DNA of 64,000 nt from Lingula anatina (GCA_051362555.1 CM120643.1:3224001-3288000); one strand, 5' to 3'. Shown: positions 14,059 through 29,310, numbered from the stretch's first letter. The notes: a model not told the origin generated them from the letters alone. A program made the numbers and translations.

Positions 14059-14254
14059 TAATTCATGAACCAAGATATTGTGGTTGTTAAGTGGAGGGGG
14101 GACTTGCTGTCTCCATTTCATCTATTGCAATCGGGTAACACCCGAGAAAGTTGGCTGCAATCGCATCCTCGGCTGATCCCGTACAACAAATCGTCACCCG
14201 AGGAAAGCAAAGACAGTGAACAGAATCTAATGTAAATTGTGCTCCGTTTCTCAC

Positions 14255-14363
14255 CTACTGCAATCCATATAGCCAGTCGGATCCACGTCAGATAGGTTAG
14301 TTTCAGCATCATTGCGATGTTTATAAACATGCTGGTGGCAGGAAGCAGAGGTACCAGTGGAAT
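14255..14363 (-). CDS. SLC7A4: Cationic amino acid transporter 4, coding exon 2
   Basis: ttacag acceptor, gtgaga donor; [36 protein letters not shown] matches the AA_permease_C region of CAT-4. Confidence 0.88.
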
Positions 14364-14558
14364 CTGTAACAACAGAATTGTCATGGCATCACGGTATTAA
14401 TATTTGGTCATTAACTGGACTGGGAATACCTCACAAACATATGACATAGTCGTAATTATTCAACAATTTTGACTTAATTCCTATATATGACAGTGCATTT
14501 CCCCAAAGCTGACCTGCCTCATCGAATCAATAGTTTTATTGGTCTGTACTAAACTACA

Positions 14559-14600
<42 letters not shown>

Positions 14601-14774
14601 AATAAATAAATAGATAGATAAAAGTGACTTCAGCATTTAAGGGGAATTTGTCCTAAAATATAGTGCTTGTCTCCACCCACACTCCCCTCCGTCCATCTTC
14701 CACCCCCAACATGACGCTAAATTGAAAAAATGCGTCACAGCAGCGCCCTTATTGTCAGAACAAAAATCACTCAC

Positions 14775-16388
14775 CTGGAACGTCTTGAACGCTGTATTCT
14801 GAACATGTGCAACGATCACCAAGAATGAGAAGACTGTCCCCAAAATAAGTATTACAAGTAAAACTATTGTCCACCATTCTGCTCGTAATATACTCTCCGT
14901 GGCGTATAAAGCCAAGCTACACAACGCTGCCATGAACGCCGCCATGATAATCGTGGACGTAGCCACAGCGGTGCCGGGGCTGCAGTGCCGTAACACCGGA
15001 AGAGCGCGAAATAATTTCTTTAGTTTGCCAAAATCGTCATGGCTGTATGAATGGTGCAATGGTTTGCTCGCACTACTGCTGCCATTTTCGGCTGCCGCCA
15101 TGTTGCCTGCAGAATCGGTGGCGCTATCTGTAGGATCTGGGTGCAGCTCAAACTGACACTCTGAGATGGGCTGGTAACGGAGAAGGATGACAGATGCCGC
15201 CACCATCGTATAGGCCATGAGAGTTCCGATGGACAGAAAGTCAACCAAGGTCTCCATGTCAAGTAACAGGGCCATCAGAGCAGCTACGAGACTGAACACA
15301 AAGTTGGCGATCACTGGCGTCTGTGTACGATCATTTACTTTGGCAAATATTCTAAACAATAACCCATCAGATGCAATGGCGTAGATCGTCCTAGGAAGCA
15401 TGTACATGTTCCCCAAAAGTGCCGTAAAAATTGCAACAACTGTCGCGGCACCGACGACGTATTTTGCCCAGTGGATACCGCGCGCCGCAAAGGCTGCCGG
15501 GAACGGGGCGCTGGCAGAAATGTCATAATAAGGAACAAGAAAACTGACAGAAGTTGTCACAAATATGTACAGCACTGTCGTGACTATCATCGCTGAAATT
15601 GTCGCAACGGGGATGGACCTTCCCGGAGATTCAGCTTCTTCACCGGCGATGGAAATCCCGTCGAACCCGATAAATGCGAAAAAGCAGGATGCCGCACCTC
15701 CAAGGACTCCCTGAAACCCGTATGGGAGAAACCCGCTATCCCAGGTTGTTGGGTCCGCATAAATGAATCCAAGGATTGCAACCGACACTATGACAGTTAC
15801 GTTGATGACAGTGAAAACGCTTGTTATGTTAGCAGAAAGTTTTGCGCCCAACGCAACAATCACTGCTACAGACAATACAAAGGCAAATGAAAGAAAATCT
15901 GGGTACTGACTTAGGAATTGTCCCGGCAAACTCAAATGTTCTTCAAGAGCGCTGCTCATCGTGTTATTTGCCAGCGCGTCTATGGAACCGCTCAAAGCGC
16001 GTGCTATTGCCGCGGCTCCAACTATGTATTCTAAAATAATGTTCCAACCCACGAGAAAAGCCCAGAACTCTCCTATCGTAATGTAAGTATACACATAGGC
16101 TGACCCAGCTTTGGGAACTCTGGCACCGAACTCAGCGTAACAAAGCGAAGACAACAAGGCCGCAATGCCGGCAAAGAGATAAGACAAGATGGCACCCGGA
16201 CCTGCTTTGTCCTTTATCACTGTCCCAGTGAGGACAAACACTCCAGCTCCAACCATCTGCCCTATGCCTATGAGGGCCAGGTGCTGGGTGCTGAGACAAC
16301 GGTGAAGAGGAGTTTGCAGCAGGTCTTTCTCAAGAGTCTTCTTCCGGTTGAGTTTCTCCCAGAGTGCACCGCACCAGGCAGACGCCAT
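14775..16388 (-). CDS. SLC7A4: Cationic amino acid transporter 4 (APC superfamily), coding exon 1; the three exons give ~645 aa
   Basis: KLNRKKTLE..PLHRCLST..GQMVGAGVFVLTG..AGP..LCYAEFGARVPKAGSAY..GWNIILEY..FFAFIGFD..LSIGTLMAY; donor gtgagt at 14774. Closest remembered match is CAT-4, not CAT-1/2/3 or SLC7A14. Confidence 0.88.
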
Positions 16389-17076
16389 TTTCGTCACGTG
16401 GTGTTTACAAGAGGAAGCAAGTCAGTCAGAAGAATCTGAAATAAGAACACATTGTTAACTCCTAAGTAAAAGTTACCAAGTACAAGCGCTGTTGTCAACT
16501 TGATCGTTGATGAATCTTATAATCACGTAAGCAACTGAACCAAAATAGCTTTCTATTAGCACAGTAGTCTACCATAATGCCAAATTAACTACCGATGAAA
16601 ATCAGTGCTGTACGTGTTTCTAATTTACAACTGTTATCCACATATATATAGGCTACACATATATTAAATATAACTTCAGCGCGTTGAAATATTGATATAC
16701 AGAATTCTGAGAAAGCTTTTAAATTGGTCGGTTTGTAGTGCATCTAACGTATTGGTCCATTGGAAGTATAAATCCATCTTCGTTTCAGAGCTCAGCTCAG
16801 CAATATTCCAAATATATTCAAACCGGTGTATGGGCAGCAGCAACCAGTATTCAGGCCCTAATTGAAGATATGTGTCATTAACTTTAACTGTCAAAATGTA
16901 GTGGATTTTTTCAAATAACACTGCACCTTCTCTATTTTACATGATCACCACCAACATTTAAGTGTGTTTTACAGGTAACGTGGATATTCAGAAAATTTAA
17001 ATAGCAAAGGGCTTCAGGCTCACAGAGGTTCAAGTCCACACCTATAAACTGCTTATATTTTAAAAAAGAACATTTC

Positions 17077-17129
<53 letters not shown>

Positions 17130-17682
17130 AGAGCTTTAGGAATAATAATCCAGACATGCTCGTATTCAAACTCGGCCTGTATTTTGATCATATTCAACAC
17201 ACTTGAAGACAATATGTCAACCGGTTTTCCATTTATCGTACTAGGTCTGAAAGTACACGGTTACGTCGATGGCAATGACAGACGCACGTGATGGCTACTT
17301 GTACACAGACACGCTGTGGCTGTACATAAAAATAATACAAACTTTTCAATTAGCGTGTAGCAAGCTTATCCACCATAGCCTCTTACATATAGCTTCACTA
17401 CAGTAAAGGCAGCGCACCTCTTCACGACCTTCCTTTATAATGTTGCTTGAAAAGAAATTCACGCTATTGTGACAAGAACAGATATCTGATATTTTGTTTG
17501 TTGCTACTGTTTTCAACAAGATTATAGTGATATAGAGCTAGAGGATTATTTATAAGGCCTGTGCAGCCGAGTCTGAAGGCGGGTCATTTACACCATATAG
17601 GCCTATTCAATGTGTAAGAAATATATTATGCTTTAACGGCTGTGTCATAGGCCAGTCCATTAGCTGTAGCGTCCAATTTCCT

Positions 17683-18319
17683 TAGACTGCGTTCCCATAA
17701 CCTTATCGTACTAGCAGGATTGATCTATCTCAGCGGGAATTCTAGCTAAGGCGCAGTCAGTGTGGTAAGCTTAAAGGGATAATAACTCTTCGTATGAGAT
17801 CTATATTTCACAATAAAAACATTGTGAATAACTCATAGAAATATAATATATTCTGTTTTACCATAAAAACGGCAGTTAAAGCTATTATTCTGATACCTGA
17901 GCTTTTCTTAAGACCACGTGACCTCCACTGATGGCTATACTCTGTTAAAATCTCTTAAGAGATTTAAACAAAAAACCAAACTTTTTAGAAAAAAACCAGG
18001 GACTAACTTTGAATGTAAAAATGGATTCATTAACCATTGGTAAGTATGGGAAAATTGTTGTTTACTCCAGGAAAATTCATTTTTTGGCCGAAACGAAGAG
18101 TTATTATCCCTTTAATTGTCTTGCACGCCCCATCACAGTGCAACGAAAAACATCATGGACCAGAAAGTTTTTCCAACTTTACCCGGGTACTTTAAATTAC
18201 AAATGGGCAGTGGGGCGTGGAAGACATTTAAGCCGCTTAAACTGAATGAAATTTAGCGAGAATCCCGGAGGAGTTGGATCGATCCAGCTAGTTCGATAGG
18301 ATTATAGGAATGGCCCCTT
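17683..18319. mobile_element. MITE family A copy split by a family B insertion
   Basis: Left half at 17683-17770 and right half at 18116-18319 flank the TTAA-bounded family B element. Confidence 0.7.
17775..18111. mobile_element. Kolobok-type MITE family B (337 bp)
   Basis: Perfect TIR AGGGATAATAACTCTTCG; TTAA TSD at 17771-17774 and 18112-18115. Confidence 0.88.
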
Positions 18320-18556
18320 AGATTAACGGAACTTCATAAGGACGAGCTCCCGTAAAAAGCATGACAACCAATATGGTTTCAATTGGAAGTCGCGTCGTCC
18401 AGGGACAAGATAAGGTTAATTGGCATTTTGACTCACATTATCTGTCGACTTCCCTGTAGTGCATTCCTCATTTCCATCATTATTTGTTTTATGGCACATA
18501 CATAGAGAAAATGATTTATCTTATCCATGTAATAGCACTAGTCTTCCCTAAACCTC

Positions 18557-19335
<779 letters not shown>

Positions 19336-22176
19336 CATAAAAATAAATCTGATTAATTACCCTTGACTACTAAGGTTTGAATAATATACATGCTCAACGT
19401 GTTTATTCATCACATAATTAATTTAAATAACCACATACCCGCATCGTATATTACACGGCCATTAATGCATAAACTAATGACAACTAAATAAATACAATAA
19501 GTACAAAACCCACGACTTTGTCGATTACAGCACTTGCTTTAATTTGTGTGAAATTAACGCCTTCGGTTACCATAACAATTTCCTTCATAATCCAGTGAGC
19601 GACAATATGCAAATAATTCATGCTTCCTGTAAGCTGTTCAAACAAAATCATACAGTAACCACCTTCAGGTTTATCGTTAATATCATGCTGTACAAGTCAT
19701 GAAAACCTGGACACAAATGTCTGTCTACGACAAATATATCAGACGTGAACATCTACCATCCACCTAAAGCCGACCACAGATTCTGTGGACGATATGTGTA
19801 GGTCAACTTCCTATCACAGACACGTACGCTTACCCTTTCCAAATATAGACAACACGTATAAGCTGCCATTACACCAGTAATGTGTTACATCTGAATAAAT
19901 TTACACTGCTTTGCTACATTGTAGATGTTAAACGTAAGGAAACCGTGTCCCTTAGGGTATATATTATTGTATTTTATGTTACTGACAATACGTGTTTTAT
20001 GTCTAAAATTGTGAACCACAAAATAACCCACCTTGTCAATAACACGATATCCAATGAGGTCATTACGTCACTTCAACGCGTCTGTGTGATAACATATGTT
20101 TTAAAACCTGCTATTTACAACTAATAAAGCCAGTAGACCCTCTATGAGTTTGTTCTCGATTCAATTAGTAAAAAAAAACATCTAAAATACATCAAGATAA
20201 AAGCTTACTCACTGTGACCAACAGTAGAAATCGTTGTCAACCATATCCTAACACCATATGGTAGTTCTCACGCGAAAAGCTTTTCGGTATATTAATTATA
20301 TCTATACGTACAGATAAACGAGGTGGGTGAAATAACCAATACACGTCGGAAATTATCTTTATATGCAGCAGCTAAGTCTTAACCCTTAAGAATTATCTCC
20401 ACTGTGAGTCTACAAATCCTGTCGTCAACTAGATGAATAATACACAAGCCACTCATTCTCCCCTCAGACCATTGCAGATAGAAAATCGCAAGCCTTTATA
20501 TCCCTGGTTGTTTTTACTGGTGTAGCTCTCTTTTCTCTTCGCGTGGTGGGTAATTCGTGTTCAGCCCAGGATTTCTTTATCAAAATATTTTAACCTACCG
20601 TTCTTGCCAGCTGTCCCAACGTAATGGAATATAGAAACACGGAGACAATATTGCGACGTTGGCTCTGGATTCTCTCGGTCTATTTGTATTGGTCCGTTCT
20701 GCTGCTGGGATTTACTCAGAACAAAATCAATACACGTCAATACAATTCACATCAAGGTAAACTATATTCCCTGTGGTCTGAGGCTTCGTTCAATATACGC
20801 CGGCGTGATTGTATTATGCTATCAAAAGGTGGCTTCTCGGTATAACGACTTTTCATAAGCCGGACTCTTACAGTCATAGGAAAAATACAGATTAATCATA
20901 AAAGTATACATAATAAAAAATACATTAATTTCCTTTTGCTTTGAGAAGGAAACAGGCAAATGCGTTTTTTTCTCTGCGCCTTTCTCTCTCGACGGATATA
21001 TTAATATGTATCATAATCCGTTTGTTTAGTTACATAACAATAGATGGTGAATTATATTGCTGTTGTTTTACGATGAAAGGGGAAATACTAGCTATGTATA
21101 AAATATATTAGTTGGCTTTTAATTAACTTAAATTAGTTAATTAACGTTAAATTGGAGTACAGTGTATTGCAACTCACTTGTATAGGCCTGCCTTATTGTC
21201 TCTATACTTACCGGTATCAATGAACGGTGCATGTGTCTATACATGAGCCTTTAGCTCTTAAAGGAATGGAGAACACTACATTTCATTTCATTATTTTCTT
21301 TGAATCTTTATTTTGAATGTTTATTTTAAATGAATATTACCCCAATTTAATACAGTCCATTTATTAATATTTTGTATATATTGCAAAGAGAGCACATAAA
21401 CCTCTTAACCCTTATATTTTTATTTGTATGAGCTAGCAATAATGAGCGCAGGCCCAAGTGGCGAGAAACAAGCTGATCTACTGTACTCACTAGGCTGTTA
21501 AATTGTTTTTGATTTTTTTACATCTGACATTGCCCTCATAAATTTTCACCATGAACACAAACCGGAAATTGTGGTGTGTTTTGCACTCCTAAATGAGGAA
21601 CACGCTGAAGTAGTGCTCAAACCTGGATCGCAATGCCGGCAGCTGAGCCGTTAGGTCATCGTGTGCTCCGGTCTCAAGGAATCACGATTATTGATTTTGG
21701 TACTGGTGATGATCTTTTTCAATTCAGAAGGCTTGCACGCCATTGTCGACGTGAGGCAGAGTTCGATTATCGAGCTGATTAGACCACGCAAATAACAACT
21801 CTTGGGATATTTTTTGTATTACCAGAGGCAATTGTTTTTGGCAATATTGATAAGCTGAACGCGATCGGTTGGTAACAAACAGCACAGACCGGGGAGGAAT
21901 CTAGTCATTGGAGAGTTACCCCTGTACGTGATTGAAACCTGTGACTTGTGATTAGACACAGATGATTAACCGATTACGTTTTACTTACTGGTCTTAGTTT
22001 TAAGAGACTGGAGAGGGTGAGATTGAACTCGATCCAGAACACGGATGTTATTTTCATGCAGTCATTTCTTTCGGGAGAGATAACACACACGTGTAGAGAT
22101 ATTGTACTCGCATTTCTATACGTGTACTTGTATGAACATTAATATGTTGAGAGTCTGTCTCGCTCTCTTTTTTCCT

Positions 22177-22179
<3 letters not shown>

Positions 22180-22226
<47 letters not shown>

Positions 22227-22275
22227 CTGTCTCTCACTCTCACTCTCTCATTTCCTGTCTCTTTCTGTCTCTCGT

Positions 22276-22312
<37 letters not shown>
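22180..22312. repeat. (CT)n microsatellite, interrupted
   Basis: Direct observation. Confidence 0.9.
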
Positions 22313-22315
<3 letters not shown>

Positions 22316-23141
22316 TCTCTAGCATTTCACTGTTACAGAGGATAAGATTGTTTTTCAGCAGATGCTAAATAAAGCGCACGCATCAGCTGTAACAGCCGTG
22401 AAACACTACATACATTGTAGAGACTGAATAATATGGACGTTACAAAAGAAAGGTTCCATTTCAGACATTTACGTTACTTAATAGGGTACTAAGGGTAGTA
22501 ATATAACTCGTATCAGCCAAAGGCAAGAAGCACCGAATATAACACCTGAACTTTAATACCTGTTATTTTATTTCAACGGCTATAGTTCTTTAAAAAGGGG
22601 GAAGAGGTTATAACAGCAAAACAAAAGTACCACCCACTACAATGCCTTAAATTAATAATCTCTTTCATATCTTTAATAACCTAGAGTACGTCACCCGTTT
22701 CGATGCACCCCACCGCCCTTGTCACATGTCAAGTACACTGTTAATGTCATTAAAGCTGCCAGTAGAGGTCACCTAAAATACATTAGAATTCAGTTACAAC
22801 ACCCACAATGACCACAAAATTCAGTTAAAGCAACCACAATGACCATAATATGCCTGTAGACTGAAAAGAATTTCATCTGCTGCGTTATGTTATAAGAATG
22901 AAGTAATTTTTCTTCAGTCAACAGCTTAATAACGAAATAGTTTTACCTCCAATATTTCTATGTCTAACAGAAAATCTTCATCAGGGAATGAGGCTGTCAA
23001 GTATCCCTTTGCATGATGTGGCGTCACAGTTATATTACACGATTATTATTGGTTGTATACAGGTGCACCTGGAAGAGATATTTTAAGTGGGGAAACAACA
23101 ATTCGGCAATAAAAAACAATGAGTGACGGGGCGGGGAGATA

Positions 23142-23378
23142 GGGGAGAGCGGGGCTAGTTGGACCTCGGGGTAAGTTGGCCCCCATCAAGTCTCTTTAAT
23201 AAAGTTACTTTAAGATGCTAAATTATTTCATTTGGACTCGCTGCCGACACTTTCTTAGCACTATTGGATACGGTCACTTTACAAAATGATGTAATCAATT
23301 CTTTTACCCCATAGTTACTTTGTCATAAATTGATGGGGGTCCAACTTACCCCTGGGTCAAACTAGCCCCGGTCTCCCC
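23142..23378. mobile_element. Tc1/mariner (pogo-like) MITE
   Basis: ~43-bp TIR ggggagagcggggctagttggacctcggggtaagttggccccc, TA TSD. Confidence 0.8.
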
Positions 23379-23540
23379 TATTGGCAAATATTATGTACAC
23401 GAAGTTCTGCATCGGGTGATTTGTGTCACCAAGACGAAACTTGATATTCTTATGATATATCAAAGAAAAGAAAAGAATTTGGGTTATTGACAGGAACAGT
23501 GCGACCCCCCCCCCCCCCCCCCCCAGCCAGTGCGCAGAAC

Positions 23541-23803
23541 CAGGGGTGGATCCAGGATTACTTGAAGGGGGAGGCCTAAGATGCGAAGCTGACCCTCGCC
23601 CCTTGGCGTGTGGTTCGGGGTCCGCTGAAAGGCCCCCCAAAATTTTTTGGTATTTTAGAGGGCAAACGCAGCCATTTGGTACGGTTATGATTCAACTAGT
23701 CAAAATGCTAATTTCAAGAGGGAGTTGGTGTTATTTTTTTGAGTCAGAAATCGAAGAGGGGAGGGGGTCAGGACGCGTCTGACCCCCCCCCCAAACCGCC
23801 ACT
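23541..23803 (+). repeat. Dispersed GC-rich repeat family D (caggggtggatccagg...ttttagagggcaaacg..gccatttggtacggtt...ccgccactg)
   Basis: Related copies at ~26550-26862 (-), 27960-28190 (+) and 52295-52456 (-); CAG..CTG ends suggest a hAT-type MITE. Confidence 0.75.
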
Positions 23804-24245
23804 GAGGACTAACATGGCTTAAAAAAAGGTGGGGATCGAGGTCTCAGCTCTCACCCCACCACCACCGCGACCAAGCTCCCTCCCCCACGTCACGGATGGG
23901 GCGGATGGAGGTCGCCTCCTGGGTCTTCCGGAAGACTGTCAGAGTATTTGAAGTTACACTGACAGGTATCTAATTTTTTGTCGAAAAACGGGCGAAATGG
24001 AAGGATGGCTCAACAAAGACAATTTGGAAGACAGTCAGAAATATCTCTGGATCCGACCCTGTCACACACCACCGATTCCTATGCCTATGATGAATACATG
24101 CAGGTTTCAATATATCCTCACATTCCAATTCATCCTTTATCGAAGGCCCCATCTGACTGTATACATGTATACATTACTGGTTAATGCCTATATTCACAAT
24201 ATAGCTGCGGTTTACAAAGGAACTCGATCTAATAAGACCACACTT

Positions 24246-24728
24246 AGGCTCTATTCCCATAGATTTTAGATCGATCTATCCCCGCGGGGAGTCTCACTAG
24301 ATTACTTTCAGATAATCCGACTTAAATGTCCGTCCCGCCTACTACAAGCTGGAAGGGGGTAATTAACTTTCGTGTCCGCCCGGCTGACAGCTATTTAGCG
24401 TGAACCCCCAGGGAGTTAGGTCGATCTAAAGTAGGTCGATCTAATCTATGGAAATGGGGTGTTAGGTTCACACATCACACATCATACCAGATGGATCGAA
24501 CCAACTCTGCAAGGGATTCTCGTCAAAGTGCTGCATTGTAATCAGCTTAATTGTCTGACACGTCTCCTTGAGTAGCTACAGCTAGTTAATTGCTTAATTA
24601 ACCCCTAGCAACTCGAGGAGGGTTGGCAGACATTTACGGCGATTACAGTGATTGCACTTAGGGAGAATATCCCGCAGAATAATTGGATCGATCCAGGTAG
24701 AACGATGGGTTTATCTGAACGCTCCCTA
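24246..24728. mobile_element. Two adjacent MITE family A copies
   Basis: Each shows the gatcgatc..taattaa..gatcgatc fold-back; the first closely matches 25438-25668. Confidence 0.7.
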
Positions 24729-25437
24729 AATGTTGGGACGAATCACAATATGAACCGCAGTCAACCTAGGACTGAACGTCAGTTCCAATGGGGTATATGA
24801 AATTTCACCGGCACATACTAGTGCATAAATTACAATAAATAACATTAGCAGTACTGATATTGAATGAGAATCGTCTTATACATATATGTATAACCATCAC
24901 AAGGCAGCCATTAAACACTCACCATGCCCTCCGCTTGGGCCAGAAAGAGACTTTTCTCTCACTCTCAATTTATTCACAGATATTTCATGGCTATCCATTA
25001 GAAGTGCCCACGTCGACTTCGAGCCGCGAATAAGGGACAACGACCTCTGCATCAATGACTACGTTATACACCATTAAGGCCTAAAGATATACCCTCACAG
25101 AGCGAATTCCCTCGAAATCCCATGTCGGTCAACTGCATGCCCTTTCCATGCGTTCATTTCGTGTCGAGTTGTTGACAAAGTTATGTCGACCTTTTTGCAA
25201 ACACACCAGTGGACTTACACACATGTTCATACTGTATATGTCGGCTATAGGTAAAGAGTAACTTACCTTAAGAGTGACTGCAAGCTATCGCGACTGCATC
25301 AAGTGTTACAGCCGAGCATGGTGAACTTGTTTTTTTTTTTTTTTTATTTTGCCTGTTTACTTGTGCGTCCCTGACTCACACTAACGTCAGGCGAGCCGCG
25401 TTATGAAAAGCTAGCATACAAACAAAGTGCACTCTGT

Positions 25438-25668
25438 AAGACCCCATTCTCATAGATTTTAGATCGATCTATCCCTGTGGGGAGTCTCACTAGATTACTG
25501 TCAGCTTAGCCGGCTTAAGCGTCTTGTCCCGCCTACTGAAAGCTGTAAGGGGGTAATTAACTTCGGTGCGCGCTCGGCTGACTGCAATTTAGCGTGAACC
25601 CCCAGGGAGTTAGGTCGATCTAAATCTAAATCTCTGGATCGATCTAAATCTCTGGGAATGCACCCTAA
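25438..25668. mobile_element. MITE family A copy
   Basis: High similarity to 24246-24464; TAA flanks. Confidence 0.75.
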
Positions 25669-26549
25669 GACTTTGTTGTGTTTGGTTGTCCTCGCGTTAT
25701 GTAGCGCTGGGTCGTCTCGGTGATCCAGTACTGCACACATTCAAAGAGATGTAAAGAAAGCTCTTTTGTAAGCTCCAGGTCATGTTCAGCCACATAAAAA
25801 CCGAAAACTTGTTTTTAGCCACTAACATGTACTTGCAACCCGATGGCTTCCACGTTATTTAATTTTATGCCACGACAATAGCGCCCAATTCAACCTGTTA
25901 TTGTTAAACCAAAGGTTCAGTGGATCCTATCCCACTGCATATATGATCCATGGTTAAACACAGCTGCACTGGTAGGGAGGAGTGCTATTTCACTTTTTTA
26001 AATTAAGGTCTACCCCCCTCTCTAACCCCCCCCCCCCCCCCCCCCCGTAAATATCCCGTGAAGTTCACGATGTTCACAGATTTAGCAGTTTTGAACGCTA
26101 TTTTGGTGACGTACAGGTATGTCACATTGTGAGTAATAAAAATGCGCACAGAGGATAATATATTTTGATGTGTAGGCAACCACCCTGAAGCCCAGGTGCC
26201 CATTGTTTTATACTGAAAGAAAGGTCAATCATCAAGAATCAAAAACATTCAGATGAAGCATATTCAGTGTGTGACATTAAATATGGGTCTCTCCTAAACA
26301 ATTTTCAGCACAGAAGACATATTTTTTCATTATTTTTTGTCTATGAAGTTGAACCTGGTTTTATTTTGATATTGTTCGATAGAAAAAGGAATAAAATTGT
26401 CTAGGCCATTGTTTTAAAAAAGGGGCAAATACCATAAAAAACATGCAAAAAATGCAAAAAATAAGTAACTTTCGAATATCACAAACTTCAGAGGGTATTT
26501 ACAGGGGTTTAAAATTTCTAAAAAAAAATAGTACCTAATTGATTTATAG

Positions 26550-26862
26550 CACTAAACCGTAACAAATGGCACCGTTCGTCCTCTAAAATACCAAAAAATT
26601 TCGGGGCCCTTTAGCGGGCCCTACCCTAGGTTCTTGATTTTCGTATTGCGAGCTCGATCTTGATTTCATATATAACCCATATCCACTGTTGAAGCTATCC
26701 CGTGAAAAGCTTTGAATAGTTAACAATCTAGCTTCACAATGGCCCTGACAGTCGGGGCTAAGGGCCCCAAACCCACAACAAAGGGGGGGGGTTGGCTTCA
26801 TATCTGTGGATCCCCCCCCACCCCCCCACCCCACCCTTCAAATGATCTTGGATCCGTCCCTG
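26550..26862 (-). repeat. Repeat family D copy
   Basis: aaccgtaacaaatggcaccgttcgtcctctaaaataccaaaaaatt is the reverse complement of the family D core. Confidence 0.7.
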
Positions 26863-27101
26863 CTGCCGCTTGTTTCATTCCCGTGTGTGTTATCTGGGGG
26901 TATTCTGACAGGTCATTTTAAGAGGCCTGGTTGCACGTACTACCTGACCCCATGGAAGTAAATGTTGACCCCAAACTCACCCTTTGTCAGCTGTAGACGA
27001 TCTGCTGGAGAGATGAATGCGCTGGTGAGGTGCGTCAACTCATAGGCGCAACTAACGCATTCTTGGTAGCATTGGTTCAATATTTCGACTTTGCAAAGAT
27101 C

Positions 27102-27275
27102 AGGCCTTATAAAGGGATTAGGCGTTTACTAACACTACCCGCAGATCTTATAGCACAAAATTCCATATTAACCACACCTAATTGAACGACACACCGTACA
27201 ATTATTTAGCACCAACAAAGGATACCTAGCGCTAACATTCATCCTCTCTGGTAGTACTGGTTGATTTGTGGGTTA
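27102..27275. repeat. Repeat family E partial copy
   Basis: ggccttataaa..gattaggcgtttactaacactacccgcagatctt shared with 53415-53570 and 62365-62612. Confidence 0.7.
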
Positions 27276-27959
27276 GTTGGTTTATATGGGTGTTATTGCC
27301 AAAAGATCTGCAGGTAGTGTTCGGAGACTGGCGTTGCGCGAGATGAAATTCATCTGTGCGGCACCCGGGCTATCGATTGTAACTGCAGATGTAAACATGT
27401 TCAACCAAACTGGCCCTCTGTGTGACAAGGTAGAAAGTTTCCAAGGTAGAAAGCTTCTGCGGCTTCGTGGTAATTCCGCTTCCTTAAATGCTAAAGTGTT
27501 TAAGGCAGTATTTTTGCTGGATATGATTTCTGAAAATTGCATTTTATTACTTTAAGAAGTAAAACGTATATACGGTGGGCGGGTGGGTCAGGCACAGCGC
27601 TGTCGTTGGCGAACGCGGCTTCAACAACAACAACAACAACAACAATAACAATAATAATCTCAGTATAAAACAAAACGAACGTACGGACAATCCCATCGCA
27701 CGGCGCCCGTGTAAATGTAATCTAGGTTTAAGAGATTATCTTTAAAAAAAAAAAACTTTTTGGAGAAAAAGCATGGACTATTTTTGAATATTAGAATGGA
27801 TTCATTAACCATTGGCAAGTATGGGAAATCGTTATTTACCCCAGGAATATCCGTTTTTGGCCAAATTTAACAGTCGCTATATCCCTTTCAATATCGACAA
27901 TTGAAAATTAAAAATGTCATGGGTGCCAAGATAGTACATAGTTGCTCACATAACCCAAA

Positions 27960-28190
27960 CAGGAGCTTATCCTGGATTGTTTGAAGGGGGTCCGTGGATG
28001 CGAAGCTGACCCCCCCCCCCCCTCTCCACTTGGCGTAGGGTTCGGCGACTGCTGAAGGGGCCCGAAATTTTTTGTTATTTTAGAGGGCGAACGGTGCCAT
28101 TTGGTACGGTTAAGAACTATGATTCGGCTAGTCAAAATTTTATTTTTAAGAGAGGACGCCCCTCTCCCCCCCCCCTCTAAATCCGCCACT
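27960..28190 (+). repeat. Repeat family D copy
   Basis: Shares gatgcgaagctgaccc and ttttagagggcgaacggtgccatttggtacggtt with 23541-23803. Confidence 0.75.
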
Positions 28191-28642
28191 GCTGAGTGTC
28201 GCCACCTGCTGGTAAGTAACAGTAAGTGTCGCCGCCTGACGGAAAGTTGGTTGCTCAGGAGTTGGGTTTACAAGAGGTCTATCATGTTAAAAGGAACTTA
28301 TCCTGGCCTTTCGGCTCTTCGTGGCCTTCGGCTGCGGACATTTTTGAAAAACAATTATTTTTACCTTTATAGTGTTGCAGACTTTTCTCCCATGCAGACT
28401 GTCAAAGTCTCTTTTAGTCGAGTTGCAAGAATGCCAACCCTGCGATGTTCTCAACGATGAACTTTTTATTTTATAGAAATGAATTCATTATCGGCTAGAG
28501 AAGGAAAATCAGCTTGGTTGCTTCTTCCGAGACAGTTGATAAGAGAAAAACCATTAGAAGCCCACAGATATATTTTATTTGGTGCTCTAGTGAATGTTTA
28601 TCCTGTCAAAAGGGTATAAATTATAAATGATTACATCTCAGC

Positions 28643-29310
28643 CACCCTGAGCTTCAGAGCTAACTTGACACTAACCTCTTCACTGTAGCCTATCTTCATC
28701 GTGTCAAGTAACCTCTGACCAGATTCGATTGCCTCCGCCGCCCGCCAATCAAATTTAAAAGCCCGCACTCAATGACTCATTAAACGATCTAGCCAATGAA
28801 CGCGAACGAGTCAAAGCGCGCTTTGTTCAAATCCGGACCAATCAAAGATAAGGCTGAATATCAGGGACTTGCCGTAACCTGTGGGCAGCACGCAAATTAC
28901 ATCGTCTCTCAGTAGATAATGATGCAGGGCCTCAAACTGCTAGACCCTATGGTTTCAATTCCGATTTACTCATATTTTGCAAAGAATCAAGAGATAACTT
29001 AACACATTCTTTTTCGTAGTCACTCGCCTTGCTTTCTTTGTATACGGTAATACACTCGGAACTACTCGGATGTCTCCGCACTCGACAATAACTATGTTGT
29101 TAGTATGGAGCTTGCGGAATCAGCCGAGGATTGCCGATTGACGGTCAACCAATCAGCGTTTTCACCAAACTTTGGTGAAAAATTTTGAAACATGGATTTG
29201 ATTGGCTTATATAAACTAGGTCAAACTATTTTCGTCAGAGGTTACTTGACACGATGAAGATAGGCTACAGTGAAGAGGTTAGTGTCAAGTTAGCTCTGAA
29301 GCTCAGGGTG
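28643..29310. mobile_element. Non-autonomous DNA transposon, 668 bp, with perfect 77-bp TIRs and an 8-bp TSD (P or hAT type)
   Basis: TIRs 28643-28719 and 29234-29310 are exact reverse complements; ATCTCAGC duplicated at 28635-28642 and 29311-29318; CA..TG ends; no ORF. Confidence 0.93.

Noticed and set aside
14637-14774. C-terminal tail of the 586-aa ORF-track protein
   Set aside because: Intron read-through past the gtgagt donor; homology continues in the next exon. The tail of ORF 61004-61447 is the same artefact.
17079-17127. Long poly(A) as a retrocopy tail
   Set aside because: No identifiable upstream retroposed body or TSD.
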